NCBI RefSeq assembly: GCF_001194135.2
Contig: NC_068981.1
Location: 176,718,454-176,782,453 of the forward strand
Direction: 5' to 3'
Length of the DNA: 64,000 nucleotides
From: Octopus bimaculoides
Lineage: Eukaryota
Of the stretch, positions 50,150 through 63,060 are shown in pieces. Made by a program: the position numbers and the translations under genes. Every line of letters starts with the position of its first letter. Position 1 is the first letter of the stretch. Under the pieces are notes generated by a model. The model had not been told where the DNA came from. It was given only the letters and a program-made list of their open reading frames with translations, and made no database searches.

Positions 50150-50625
50150 TTTTTCACTTGTTTCAGTTATTGGGCTGTGACCATGCTGGAGCATTGTCTC
50201 GAATGATTTAGTTGAAGAACTCAATGCCAGTACTGTACTTATTCTGTCAGACTCTCTTTGCCAAACTGCTAAATTTCAAGAACACAAACAAATGAACGAT
50301 GGTTATCAAACAGTGATAAGGGAGACAAACACTATTACACACACATGTATATATGTACCTGCAAGGTACCGGTGCACAATGGGTCAAAATGATCATAGTG
50401 AATAAAGAGTCTCATGAATTTCATTTTCTTTCTCTTGTATTTTCAAACACACACACACACACATATATACATATGATGGGCTTCCACACAGTTTCCATCA
50501 ACAAAATCACTCACAAGGCACTGGTAGGCCCAAGGCTATAATAGAAGGTACTTGTCCAGAGTGCTGTACAGTAGGACTGAATCCAAAACCAGGCGGTTGC
50601 AATGTGAGATTCTTAACCACACAGC
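50150..50625 (-). mobile_element. Diverged SINE family A
   Basis: CACTTGTTTCAGTTATTGGGCTGTGACCATGCTGG body and a degenerate head ending at about 50625. Confidence 0.55.
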
Positions 50626-50907
50626 AGTCTGCTAATTCTCTTATTATTTGACCTGTAAAATGTTATGAATATATACTCACTTTATAACACTCCCTAATTA
50701 ATTTTCATATAAATGTTACTTTAACTCTTTTAACTATTGTAGATTCCAAATTTGCTGTCATTCTTTTCGTCAGTCTACAAGAAAGTTATCTTGTTGGTCG
50801 GTTGGCAAAGATTCGCTCATTAACTATCATAACAACAGTATCTACTCTTTTGAACTAGCTAGTTGCACACCTCCTCTATCAATGCCCACTGAAATATCCA
50901 TCTAGGC

Positions 50908-51154
50908 TAGTGGTTCTCAACCTGGGTCCACATGACCCTTGGGGGTTCATATAAGATTTTGTTGTTGAAATTTATCTGCAATAAATTGGTTATAGTTCTA
51001 TAATACACAAAATATTTTAACAATTTTTTTTTTTATACAATTCCTAATAATATTAAATTATAAAATTTTTAAACATAGAATATTTAGGAGGGCCCATTTG
51101 TATAAAATAGGAATCAAAGGGGTCCCAAAGGTGAAAAATGGCTGAGAAACACTG
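50908..51154. mobile_element. hAT (Charlie-like) MITE, intact
   Basis: TIR TAGTGGTTCTCAACC / GGCTGAGAAACACTG; perfect 8-bp TSD ATCTAGGC at 50900-50907 and 51155-51162. Confidence 0.85.
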
Positions 51155-51228
51155 ATCTAGGCCCTTCTATTCATTCTTTCTGCATCTCTGCTTCAGATTT
51201 TCTTAGACAACAAACTGCAAGTGTTAAA

Positions 51229-51440
51229 CCCTTTAGCATTCAGATTACTCTGTCAAACATTATGCTTATTTATTCACATTGTTTTGAATTGGGTCATGCA
51301 TTATTTCATAGCTTTAAGATTTCAGTGATTTGGTTGTGTATTTTCAGAATGACATTGTAGGGTAGGTGTAAGAGGCCAGATCAGTCTGAACATCAAACAT
51401 GTATGATATTTGGGCCAGACATGACCGGTTTGAATGCTCC
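51229..51440. mobile_element. piggyBac-like MITE, right end eroded
   Basis: CCCTTTAGCATTCAGATTAC left end; body as in the 265 copy. Confidence 0.55.
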
Positions 51441-51987
51441 ATTTATCCTGCCTGGGAGGACCTGAAAAGTACATAGCCTCTACACCTCTTCCTTTAACTA
51501 ACTTATAAAACAATTAAAACATATGGGAGCCATCACTACAACAGATCTGTTCCCATTGCCATTAATCACTTGCTCCCTTGTAGTAGTGTTCTTCAGTAAC
51601 ATCTCAGACTCTATATTTATGTAGGGAAGTATAATGTTAAATGAAACTAAGAGGCTGGACTTATTGGATCATATGATCAGAGCCTGAAGCTACATTATAA
51701 CTATTTTATTGTATTGATGAGCAAGTCACATAACTCTGCTTGCTTCAGTTTACTTAACTGACGACCAGTTCCAACAGGTTGAATTATTAGCAGTAGGAGG
51801 ATTATTTATCCATAAAAATTTCCCCAACAGAACCATCTTACTGATCCATTTATCAAAATGTATACACTATCTTTATTGCTGTCATTACTGCAGTCTCTCC
51901 TCTGAACATCTGATTACCCAATCTCTCCACCCACTTATACCCCACACACTGGTAATAGTAATGGATGTAAAGCATGAATAAAAATGA

Positions 51988-53284
51988 AAAGACATTTGTG
52001 TACAAATGGAAAAATGTATTTGCTCTTTGATGTTTGTGTGACAACTGTCATGCATATATACACTTGATTCACAAAGCCACTTGACTTGTTCGCTTAACAT
52101 CAATACCACCATACATTGACTGGTACAGGCTGCAAAGAAGTTGGAGAAATTTTGTGGATTTAGGAGAATTGCCATTATTTGCAATTTTGCAATGGTCAGG
52201 CTCTGGTATCAAATTATTTGTTTTCAGCTATGATTAGACGAAACTTTTGTTGACAAATACACACAAAATTAACTGGACATCAGAGGCAGAAGTTTATATA
52301 TTTTGGATGTTTAGTTTCATGGGCAATGTCAGTGTTTTCTGTCTTGATGTCACTAGTTGAGAGATAGTTCAAATAGACAGAGAAAGAGAGAGACTGACGT
52401 AGAGTGCAACAGAGACAAATAAACCAAAATTAGAAAAACAGAGGCATTGATTTCTCTGTTATAAATACCTATAGGAAATGGTGCCATCCATGCTATTTGG
52501 TTACTCTGTCACTATATCTGTTTAAACAAAATGAAGAAGAGGTAAGTGAAATTAAAACACAAATAAAAGAAATAAATAATGGAAAAAGAATGACTAAAAT
52601 TGACAAATTGATTAGTGCATCACTTTCCATACATTATAATTTTTTGTTTTAAACTGATATTGCAAAAGGACAATCCTTTTTTTCTTTGTATGTATTTGTT
52701 TATGTATGAAGTATCTAGCACAGATTGCTGTTAGAAGTGATTTAAGGAATTAAAGTAATTAGATCAAAGCATTGACTGTTTTTATGATAGGAAAAATTTG
52801 TTAGGATTTCTTTATCTTTTTGTTTTTTTAAATTAGAAAGTAAACAGCAATAGCTTGACTCTATTGGACATTTTCACTTCAAAGAGATGAAATGATTGTA
52901 TGAGATTACAGCTCGTCTATCTATATTTTGAGCATTAACCTGGTTCAGTGAACTAGTCCAAAATGAAAAATGTTCAAGAAAAGCTATGCTACAGAGCAGT
53001 GATTCCCAAACTTTTTCAATCTGCTGCCCCCTTGGCACCTGGGCCACATTCCTAGCGCTACCTCCCCTCTGCTTACCACCACAAACGTAGACCATCTTCT
53101 GCAACAAATTCAAATCCACAAAACTTCTCCGACTTCTTTGCAACCTATGTCAGTCAATGTATGGTGGAATTGATGTTAAGTGAACAAGTCAAGTGGCTTT
53201 GTGAAACAAGTATAGATATGTATGACAGTTGTCACACAATCATCCAAGGACAAATATATTTTTCCATTTGAACACAAATATCTT
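51988..53284. repeat. Inverted pair of a ~135-bp repeat (51988-52123 and 53150-53284)
   Basis: About 90% identical reverse complements by eye. Confidence 0.8.
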
Positions 53285-53291
53285 CGTATTT

Positions 53292-53335
53292 TTAACCTAA
53301 AACTTAACCTAAAACTTAACCTAAAACTTAACCTA
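53292..53335. repeat. 12-bp tandem repeat (TTAACCTAAAAC)x3.7
   Basis: Direct reading. Confidence 0.9.
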
Positions 53336-53526
53336 GGTACAGTAGTTGCTGTATGATAAGTAGCTTGCTTACCAACCACATGGTTCTGGGCTCAGTCCAT
53401 TGCATGGTACCTTCAGCAAGTGTCTTCTACTATAGCCTCGGGCTGACCAAAGCCTTGTGAGTGGATTTGGTAGACGGAAACTGAAAGAAGCCCATCATGT
53501 ATATATATATATATATATATATATAT

Positions 53527-53727
53527 GATTCATAATCAAGGTGCAAAACATCTTGGACTTTCCTCCATCACCTGATTCTGATGAAGAGCTTTGCTCGAAA
53601 CATAAAAACTACCTTTCTTTCCTTCCCTGAGCATCTGCTAATACTTTGCATGTACCACGTACTCACGTTGTTGTTTTTTCTTGTTTCTTGTTGTGTTTGT
53701 TCTTCGTTTTTGGGGGGGATTTACTAT
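53527..53727 (+). mobile_element. Penelope-like element terminal-repeat (pLTR) fragment
   Basis: Hammerhead-like core followed by a T/G-rich tail; homologous to 41716-41900. Confidence 0.6.
53575..53608 (+). ncRNA. Minimal type-I hammerhead-ribozyme-like motif
   Basis: CTGATGA(53578-84)-A-GAGC(TTT)GCTC-GAAA(53597-600)-CAT-A; ACAT is one CpG-type change from the palindromic ACGT stem III. Confidence 0.6.
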
Positions 53728-56020
53728 ANNNNNNNNNNNNNNNNNNNNNNNNNNNNNNNNNNNNNNNNNNNNNNNNNNNNNNNNNNNNNNNNNNNNNNNN
53801 NNNNNNNNNNNNNNNNNNNNNNNNNNNNNNNNNNNNNNNNNNTATGTATATATGTTTCTGTGTCTGTGTTTGTCCCCCCACTGTTGCTTGACAACCAATG
53901 CTGGTGTGTTTACATCCCTGTAAACTTAGTAGTTCGGCCTGACATCGTTTGACTGTTCGACTAAAGGCAGTGCTCCAGCATGGCCGCATTCAAATGACTG
54001 AAACAAATAAAAGAATAAAAGAATAATCAACCCACTATTTTGGGGTTTTGACCACCTCATTATCACCCCACTTTTCTTCAAAGCCTACCAAGATCTTTCC
54101 TTCACCCCTAGCAGGGCAGTACTTTTGGAACCACTATTGTAGAGGTTTTTAAAACTAGTGGAGAAAGTGATTTGAATATTAAGGTACACAACAGCATGTT
54201 GAAGATATGCTTTTGTACATCTTTGCTTTGGACACTGAACTTAATACTGATATATTCAAACAATTATAAGTCCAGGATTTAATTTTTTTTTTCTATGTAT
54301 GCAAAGCTGAAAGTAAATTAAGTTCAAGTTGGAGGTAGGTAGTAAAGTAACCCTAATTTACTGATCTTCCACCTGCTATGTCAATTATCTTTAACTTGAA
54401 CATTTCAGTGTGTCAAGCAGCTGTGTTAGCTAAGAACTCCATAAAAACCGGAAATTAGTGATACTTTGGTTGTTAGTACATCTAATTTCAGAGGCACATA
54501 TTGATTTTTATTTAGGAGAAGAAAAAAAAAATAATTTGCTGCACTTGTAAGACATCTCTGATAGATATCGTTATTTCGGGCTTCCTCCCCCACCCCACCA
54601 GAGTTGTCTTTTAAATATTTCACCAAAAGTTTCTATTTTTTTATCATTATTATTCTTTTTTAATGTTTACCAAAATTGTACATAAATCTACAATATTGCC
54701 AGCAGTCTTCTAGGAAATTTTATTTTCCGCCCTCTTTCTCTCTCTCTCTCTCTTTATTTATTCATTGTCTTACTTTTGTTTTTTTCCCCCTATATCTTAC
54801 CGTTCATTATTGTATCACAAATATTTTTTATGGAGTGATAATATTTGCAATAATAGTAGTGGCAATAACAATCGAAGCAGTTGAAGAAGTAGGGAAGTTT
54901 AGAGAAGGTTGTGCTGGCAAAAAGAAAGAAGGAAAATGTTTTGTTTTGGCAGGATTGGTGTGAGCAATATGGTGGCACTACTGTACATAACAGCAGTTCA
55001 ACCAATTAACTTTTTATTTGCTTTCTTTTTTATTCTTTTAAATTCACTGCGAAAATCTTTAACTAGTTTCCAGAGCAGGAAACTGCCATGCCAAACAAAA
55101 TCTAAATAGCCAAGAAAATAGTGTAAAACCACATTATTTACAAGAATTATCAACTAGAAATTGTGTATTTCAGATACTGAATAAAATAAAATGAAAAAAA
55201 ATATTTAAAATGTGCAAGGAAAAATATAAATGAATTAACAATAAAGCTAGTGAGCCAGAGAAGAAAATACCCACAAAAGCAAGAAGAATGTGTTTATGGA
55301 TACTAAATAAAAGAGGGGTGGGACAGTATAAATGTTGTTTTTACTAACCCAGAGTTGCTGGTAGCAATAATTCCCTTGATGCTATGACTAATATGAGGTT
55401 TCAAATACAAAGCACCACGAAGAAAATGTTCATGGGTGGGGAATAAAGAAAGGTTTTGTGGTTGCTCTAAAGGGGAATACGATGAAAGATTCTAATCTTT
55501 TAGGAATTTTGCTGCTAACATATGCAGAACATCCTCATGTTAGCTTCATGTTTTGGGGGCATTTTTTTTTTTTAGGTTTTTTTTTTTTTTTTTTGCAGCT
55601 TGCCACATAATGGATAGGGCATGCTTGTAGGATCACACAAAGCTCTGTCACCAAACTTATGCATGTTACAGCTGTCTGTCACATATCTCCCTCTGCTTCG
55701 TTCTTTTATGTGTACCACAGCTGTCTCTCATACCAAACCACTTTCCTTTTCATGGTTATGTGTATTGCAGCTGGTTCTCTCACCAGATGTACTCTGTTTC
55801 CTTCTTTTGAGCACCATTCTGTCACAAGACCTGTTCCATTTCATGCTCTTGTATATCATTGCTTCTTCTGTCACCAGATCTATCTCATTTCCCATTTTTG
55901 TTTCTTCTTTCACACAGATCTTTGCTTCCAATATTTTGTTACATTTATCCTCCCTTCACTTTCTGTTTTCTCATTTTCCCCCCAGTTTCTCTTCTACCCT
56001 AATTTTCCCATTGTCCCCTT

Positions 56021-56026
<6 letters not shown>

Positions 56027-56086
<60 letters not shown>

Positions 56087-56576
56087 NNNNNNNNNNNNNN
56101 NNNNNNNNNNNNNNNNNNNNNNNNNNNNNNNNNNNNNNNNNNNNNNNNNNNNNNNNNNNNNNNNNNNNNNNNNNNNNNNNNNNNNNNNNNNNNNNNNNNN
56201 NNNNNNNNNNNNNNNNNNNNNNNNNNNNNNNNNNNNNNNNNNNNNNNNNNNNNNNNNNNNNNNNNNNNNNNNNNNNNNNNNNNNNNNNNNNNNNNNNNNN
56301 NNNNNNNNNNNNNNNNNNNNNNNNNNNNNNNNNNNNNNNNNNNNNNNNNNNNNNNNNNNNNNNNNNNNNNNNNNNNNNNNNNNNNNNNNNNNNNNNNNNN
56401 NNNNNNNNNNNNNNNNNNNNNNNNNNNNNNNNNNNNNNNNNNNNNNNNNNNNNNNNNNNNNNNNNNNNNNNNNNNNNNNNNNNNNNNNNNNNNNNNNNNN
56501 NNNNNNNNNNNNNNNNNNNNNNNNNNNNNNNNNNNNNNNNNNNNNNNNNNNNNNNNNNNNNNNNNNNNNNNNNNNN

Positions 56577-56626
<50 letters not shown>
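56027..56626. repeat. (CT)n flanking a gap, inside a ~1.6-kb pyrimidine-rich block
   Basis: Direct reading. Confidence 0.9.
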
Positions 56627-56627
<1 letters not shown>

Positions 56628-57739
56628 AATGCATTTCTTAGTTTCTTTCCTTTCTCTCACATGTCACAATCCTTCTCTCTCCACCAAGAATCCCTCACTT
56701 CCATCTTATTCTATTTCCTTCGTAAAAGTTAACCAGAAAACTAGCCAGAAATCACCCACCAAGACCGAACTTCCATTCTTTACTCTTTTCCCAACCTCAT
56801 ACAGTTTGGGGTTGAGGTTACATGAGATGTTATTTTTGTTTTATTGTTATCAGATTGCCACCCATCAAGGCCTCCTTCATCCTTTTCAGCAGCTTCTTCT
56901 TTTCTCTCTTCCTTTAGAGTTGGGGAAAAGTATACATACACTTCTCAATGCTGTCTTTGTCCTAACCCTTCACCATGTTCTCTTTTACTAGACTTTCCTG
57001 TCATTCTCCATCTTCCTTGTAATGTTACCCGTCCTTTACTCCAAACCATTTCTTGTCCTGGTCTAGCCCACCCTTATTCCACATTACAACCAATCAATTT
57101 ACACATACCCCTATCCTTCAAAATTTCAACAACTTTAAGAAAAGGCAAAAAAGAAAAACTGCTATTTTATTCTATTATCTCACCCTACAAAATTCCATTC
57201 CACTTACCCATTCATTCAACTGGCAAATTATCTTTTTGATAGTCTTCAAATTTTATCAGCAAATTTGTCCCAAAGTAGCTTGATCAAGCGTAATTACTAT
57301 CATGGCTCCCCACCCCCATACAATGTCCAGCATATACTGATATCAGCACAACTGTTACAGGCACTGATTAAAATTGAATTTCCTCACAACCCATTGAAAC
57401 AATAGCTTAAATATATTTATTAGATGGTTAAAATACAAGAAATTGTTGGTGCAAAATCATACACTTTATCTCTTATCAGATTATGTTTACTTGTACAAGA
57501 TGTATTTATTTCAATTTAATCACATAACATACTTAAATTAGGAAAATTATTGTGATGTTTATAATTCTCATGTCTGTCTGTCTGTCTGTCTGCATGCATG
57601 TCATTATTCAGTTTTATTTCAAGATTTCTTGCCAATAGAGAAAGAACCGGTTTCTAACCTAGATCCAAGGCTCCTTCAATGGAATTTCAACATCAACAAC
57701 AGGGTATATATGTGTGTATGTATGCATGTATGCATGTAT

Positions 57740-58370
57740 GTATACTCTCTTTTACTCTTTACTCATCCTCTTGTTTCAGTCATTTGACTGCGGCCATGCT
57801 GAAGCACCGCCTTTAGTCAAGCAAATCGACCCCAGGACTTATTCTTTGTAAGCCTAGTACTTATTCTATCAGTGTCTTTTGTCAAACCGCTAAGTTATGG
57901 GGATGTAAACACACTACCATCAGTTGTCAAGCAATGTTGGGGGGACAAACACAGACACACATATATATATATATATCATCATCATCATCATCATCGTTTA
58001 ACGTCTGCTTTCCATGCTAGCATGGGTTGGACGATTTGACTGAGGACTGGTGAAACCGGATGGCTACACCAGGCTCCAATCCAATTTGGCAGAGTTTCTA
58101 CAGCTGGATGCCCTTCCTAACGCTAACCACTCAGAGAGTGTAGTGGGTGCTTCTACGTGTCACCCGCACGAAGGCCAGTCAGGCGATACTGGCAACGGCC
58201 ACGCTCGAAATGGTGTCTTTTATATGCCACCCACACAAGAGCCAGTCCAGGGGCACTGGCAACGATCTCACTTGGCTTGCCGGGTCTTCTCATGCACAGC
58301 ACATTTCCAAAGGTCTCGGTCAGTAGTCATCGCCTCGGTGAGGCCCAATGTTCGAAGGTCTTGCCTCATA
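57740..58370 (-). mobile_element. Family-A body (57740-57960) abutting a family-M SINE (57975-58370)
   Basis: Family motifs as above. Confidence 0.75.
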
Positions 58371-58539
58371 TATATATATATATATATACATATATACGAC
58401 ATGGTGGATGCGGAAGTATCCACTTTGGCACATGTGTGCATTGTCACCTCTCCTTTCCATAATTTGTATGAACTGAATTGTACAGCTGTTGTGGAAGTGT
58501 GGTCACAATCAGTGGGTGTAGGATCAGTTAGCTGATATT

Positions 58540-59340
58540 TGCAGGTGACATGATGTTACTTAGCTTATCAGGTGAATTTGGCATGCACTGAATGAGTTTG
58601 CTGCCAATCGCTGCAATGCAGAGTTGAGAATTAGTACTGCAAAGACTGAGACATTGGTCCTCTCAAGAAAGTCTTTTCAATGCACTCTGATATTAGTGGA
58701 ATATCACTGAAACAAGTGGAGAAGCTTAAGTATCTCAGGGCCATATTCACAAGTCACAGAAAGCAAGAGGTTGAATTAGATGTTATATTTGCAAGTTCAG
58801 CATTCAGTCATCAGAAGAAAGGAGTTTGGTGAAAGATAAAAAAACCAGCCTTGCTCCCTTCAATTCAATTTTTATGCCCTTCTTCACCTATGGTCACAAA
58901 TGATGGTAGCAACCGTAAGAGTATGATCATGAGTACAAGTAGCCAAAATGGGATTCCCCAAAGGATCTCTGAAATAATATTACTCGATAAGGCACACAGC
59001 TCTGAGATCAAGGACTCTTTCCAGGTCAAGCTACATCTTCTCCACATTGATAGGTCACAGCTCCAGTCTTATGGGTTAGACTGTTGCAGGGAAGGATTGC
59101 AAGAACAATTCTTCAAGCCAAGCCAACCAGCAGGAGACCTAGAGGTAGACCAAGAATGAGATGGTCTCAGTTGATCAAACTTGGTCATAGTTTCAGTTGG
59201 TCATGCTTGGGAATCTAACCAGAAATTCTAATGGTGGTTGCTTCTGATAGAACCCAATGACAGGGTGCTTAAGGACTCTATCTCCATCTCCCTCCTGGGA
59301 ATAGCAAGCAGAGAAGATGGTTGGTCATATTGTTGGCTGG
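58540..59340 (+). mobile_element. RTE-clade (Expander/Rex3-like) LINE 3' part, pseudogenised
   Basis: Fragments RISTAKTETLVLSRK, LKQVEKLKYL, IFMPFFTYGH, RTILQAKPTSRRPRGRPRMRW; frameshifts. Confidence 0.8.
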
Positions 59341-61660
59341 AGATAATTAAAACCATGTAATTTTAAAACAGCCCTTCATTTCAGTTAAACTTTTGTGACT
59401 TATAATGTATTCAGTTACATATAGCCTTGAAAATTTTTTTTAATATCCAGTTGCTTTGATCAAAAAAGTTTGGAAAATGATTTTTCCTTAATTATAGATA
59501 GTAAATAAATTTCACTACAATAATTTGTCATCTGTATATGTATGTGTGAATTTAAGCATAAATCAAATTTAGGAAGAGTAGATAGGCCTTTCTGATGTTC
59601 TGTGTAAGTTTATGAGCAATATAATGGTATAATGCTTCCAAATGGAATTCTTTTAGTTCATTTTAGCTATCACAGCCAAGGCCATGTTGGTACATGTAGA
59701 GTTTGCTGATCTCAGATTTAATTTTCTAAGAACTTATATCAGATGCTGGTGGCTACCTTATTTTGTTAAATAATGGTGAATTATAGAAGTTAAGTGAATA
59801 AAGTACTAGACTTTCTGCTGAAATGTTGAAACCTAAAATTGAGGCCTACATCAGGCACTGATTATGCTTTGATTAAAATGCTAAACTAATCATTTATCAC
59901 TAAATTGAGAGCAGACCAAATGAATAATTTGTCAATACTCTAAAGTTGTTAGAAATTGCTGAGTAATTTGGTAGTTTCTTTCATACAAGAACAAATGAGC
60001 ATCAAATGATGTTACACACTGAGAGATCAAATTAATGGATCATCTCACCTGTGTGACGAGATCCATATGTGACTTGCATATGTATTTGCTTAAATATAAA
60101 GCATTGATCAACCAATGAATCAATCAATAAGTTAAAATTTTATTTTTTATTTATTTATTTATGTATTTATTTAGAGACAACCTTTGTGATGATAGGTTCA
60201 GCTCCTCTCCTGTAACTTGTTTCAGAAAAAATAACTTTACAAATTGTACAAAGGGAACTTCTGACATTTTAAAATATATGAATAATGATACATCTAAAAC
60301 TGAGATTTTACCCTATACATCATAAAAACAGACAAATAATTGCTTTAAAATATCAATTCAGACAAATGTATGAAGACAAAATATCTATAAAATTATAAAC
60401 TATAATTTCATACAAAAAGACTAAAGAAGTTTTAAGAGACAGGATGTTATTTCAATCGGCATATTAAATATTTTTTGAATATCTTTATTTTGTTTTTGTT
60501 TTAATGCCATTAATAAATCAATGGATAAAATATTTATTGTAATATTGTAAGAAACGAAGAAACAAAAAAAAAATATTTAATCAATTTATATGATTTTGCT
60601 ATGAAAACAAAGAAACATTTATTGCAGGGAATACTGAAGAAACTAATATTGTTAAAGATGGTGTGTTTTAGAATAATGTTGGTGTTGAAACCCATAAGAC
60701 AGATATAATTGTATTATTTAGCAACCAGTCCACTAATGTTGAAAACTAATTCTATTCTTGTTTCACTACTTCTTTGTGTTTATGTTTTCATTGATTATAC
60801 ATATTAAAGAAAACAAATAAACAAAGCAAGTCTACCATAGTCTTTTCAGACAGACAGACGGACGGACTGATAGGTCAATAGTGTATAGTTCTTCACTTGG
60901 TGTACTCAAGACATGGCTCCTATCCTTACCAAACTAGTCTCTCTCTCCCTATATATATATATATNNNNNNNNNNNNNNNNNNNNNNNNNNNNNNNNNNNN
61001 NNNNNNNNNNNNNNNNNNNNNNNNNNNNNNNNNNNNNNNNNNNNNNNNNNNNNNNNNNNNNNNNNNNNNNNNNNNNNNNNNNNNNNNNNNNNNNNNNNNN
61101 NNNNNNNNNNNNNNNNNNNNNNNNNNNNNNNNNNNNNNNNNNNNNNNNNNNNNNNNNNNNNNNNNNNNNNNNNNNNNNNNNNNNNNNNNNNNNNNNNNNN
61201 NNNNNNNNNNNNNNNNNNNNNNNNNNNNNNNNNNNNNNNNNNNNNNNNNNNNNNNNNNNNNNNNNNNNNNNNNNNNNNNNNNNNNNNNNNNNNNNNNNNN
61301 NNNNNNNNNNNNNNNNNNNNNNNNNNNNNNNNNNNNNNNNNNNNNNNNNNNNNNNNNNNNNNNNNNNNNNNNNNNNNNNNNNNNNNNNNNNNNNNNNNNN
61401 NNNNNNNNNNNNNNNNNNNNNNNNNNNNNNNNNNNNNNNNNNNNNNNNNNNNNNNNNNNNNNNNNNNNNNNNNNNNNNNNNNNNNNNNNNNNNNNNNNNN
61501 NNNNNNNNNNNNNNNNNNNNNNNNNNNNNNNNNNNNNNNNNNNNNNNNNNNNNNNNNNNNNNNNNNNNNNNNNNNNNNNNNNNNNNNNNNNNNNNNNNNN
61601 NNNNNNNNNNNNNNNNNNNNNNNNNNNNNNNNNNNNNNNNNNNNNNNNNNNNNNNNNNNN

Positions 61661-61730
<70 letters not shown>

Positions 61731-61740
61731 ACATACACAC
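61661..61740. repeat. (CA)n microsatellite at a gap edge
   Basis: Direct reading. Confidence 0.9.
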
Positions 61741-63060
61741 AAATAGGTAAGTGTATATGACTTTTATTTTAGAATATTTACACTGGTTCATTTCTTTGGA
61801 ATGTGTTTAAGAAAAATGATTTTTTCTTTTTTTCCTTACACATGACACCTGAGTCTGAATAGAGATAATTCTCTTATCCTCCATTCCTATAAGGTTCTGC
61901 ATGATTTCTATAGCCATCATCTCTTGAAATAGTTTTGAAAACAGGTGTGGTATAGATAACACTGACTTGTTCTATCTTGAAAGCATCGGTCTGTTCATTT
62001 ATTCACACAGGGTCCTAGAGACACTGTTTATATTGAATAGAAATATGACACTTTCTATCAGAACACAATTCTTCTTCCAACATCCTTAGTCGGTGGTTCC
62101 AATTTTTGACCTTTTGACATTTGTATTATTAATAAATGGTTTGTACAGCAGAAATCAAAAGCAATTTGGAACTGTAATCACAAATTTATACATATATATA
62201 AACACACATATGTATACATAAGTGTGTGTGTGTGTGTGTGTATGAATGCATATGTTTGTATATGTATACATACATATATATATTAAAATGCCATCCAGCA
62301 GCTCTATTGCTACGTTCAAAATGCATATTCAAGATATTTAATTTCTCCTTTGCAGTAAACAATTCATAAGTTCTGCCCATACTGACAATAATGACAAATG
62401 ACAAATTTTTCATGTTTGTTTGACATTTTATAAGTGTGAAAGGGATTAAAATTTCCATACTCCATATCAAAGGTTCCAACAAGAATAGGCGGAAAAGAAT
62501 TCTGTTTACATAATCAGTTTGATCGATCACCTTCCTCAGTCAGTTGAGTAAAGTGCCATCCAAGCTGATGTTTATTTGTTAATTAAACTTAATTTGCAAC
62601 ACCTGTGCATATTTATCAGCTATGTTTGTGTTGGTAATTCTTATCAACAACTTTTCCTATGATCATGATTTGAGAAGACATACAGCAGTATGCTAAAGAT
62701 CAGACATAATCTCTTGTGGGCAAGAAATGTAAAATAAAATTTATTATAAACAACACAAACACTTTGTAATTTAATAGCTTTCAATGTGATACCTGTTAAA
62801 CAGAAATTATTTTTATTTGATGAAAATTTAATAAAATCTAAGCACAAGTAAGTGAAATTATGCTTAATACAACTAAATTGAAAACCTTTTTCCCCTGGCT
62901 ATATCGGCAATTCTGAAAACTTTTGGGTGCGAATTTTACATGAGTAGAAGCTTTTTTAACAAATTTCATCCTGAAAATCACCTGTGTAAAATACACAGGT
63001 GCGCAAATTGCATGGGTTTTCATGGTATATACATGCATATATAAGTATGTAATATATATA

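Larger units (their letters stand above)
53340..54025 (+). mobile_element. SINE family A whose (TA)n spacer holds a Penelope-like fragment
   Basis: Head to 53497, (TA)n, insert 53527-53727, gap, then the family-A body from 53843. Confidence 0.75.

Noticed and set aside
55621-56991. 456-aa and 357-aa ORFs
   Set aside because: Built from (CT)n, a 490-nt gap and pyrimidine-rich low-complexity sequence
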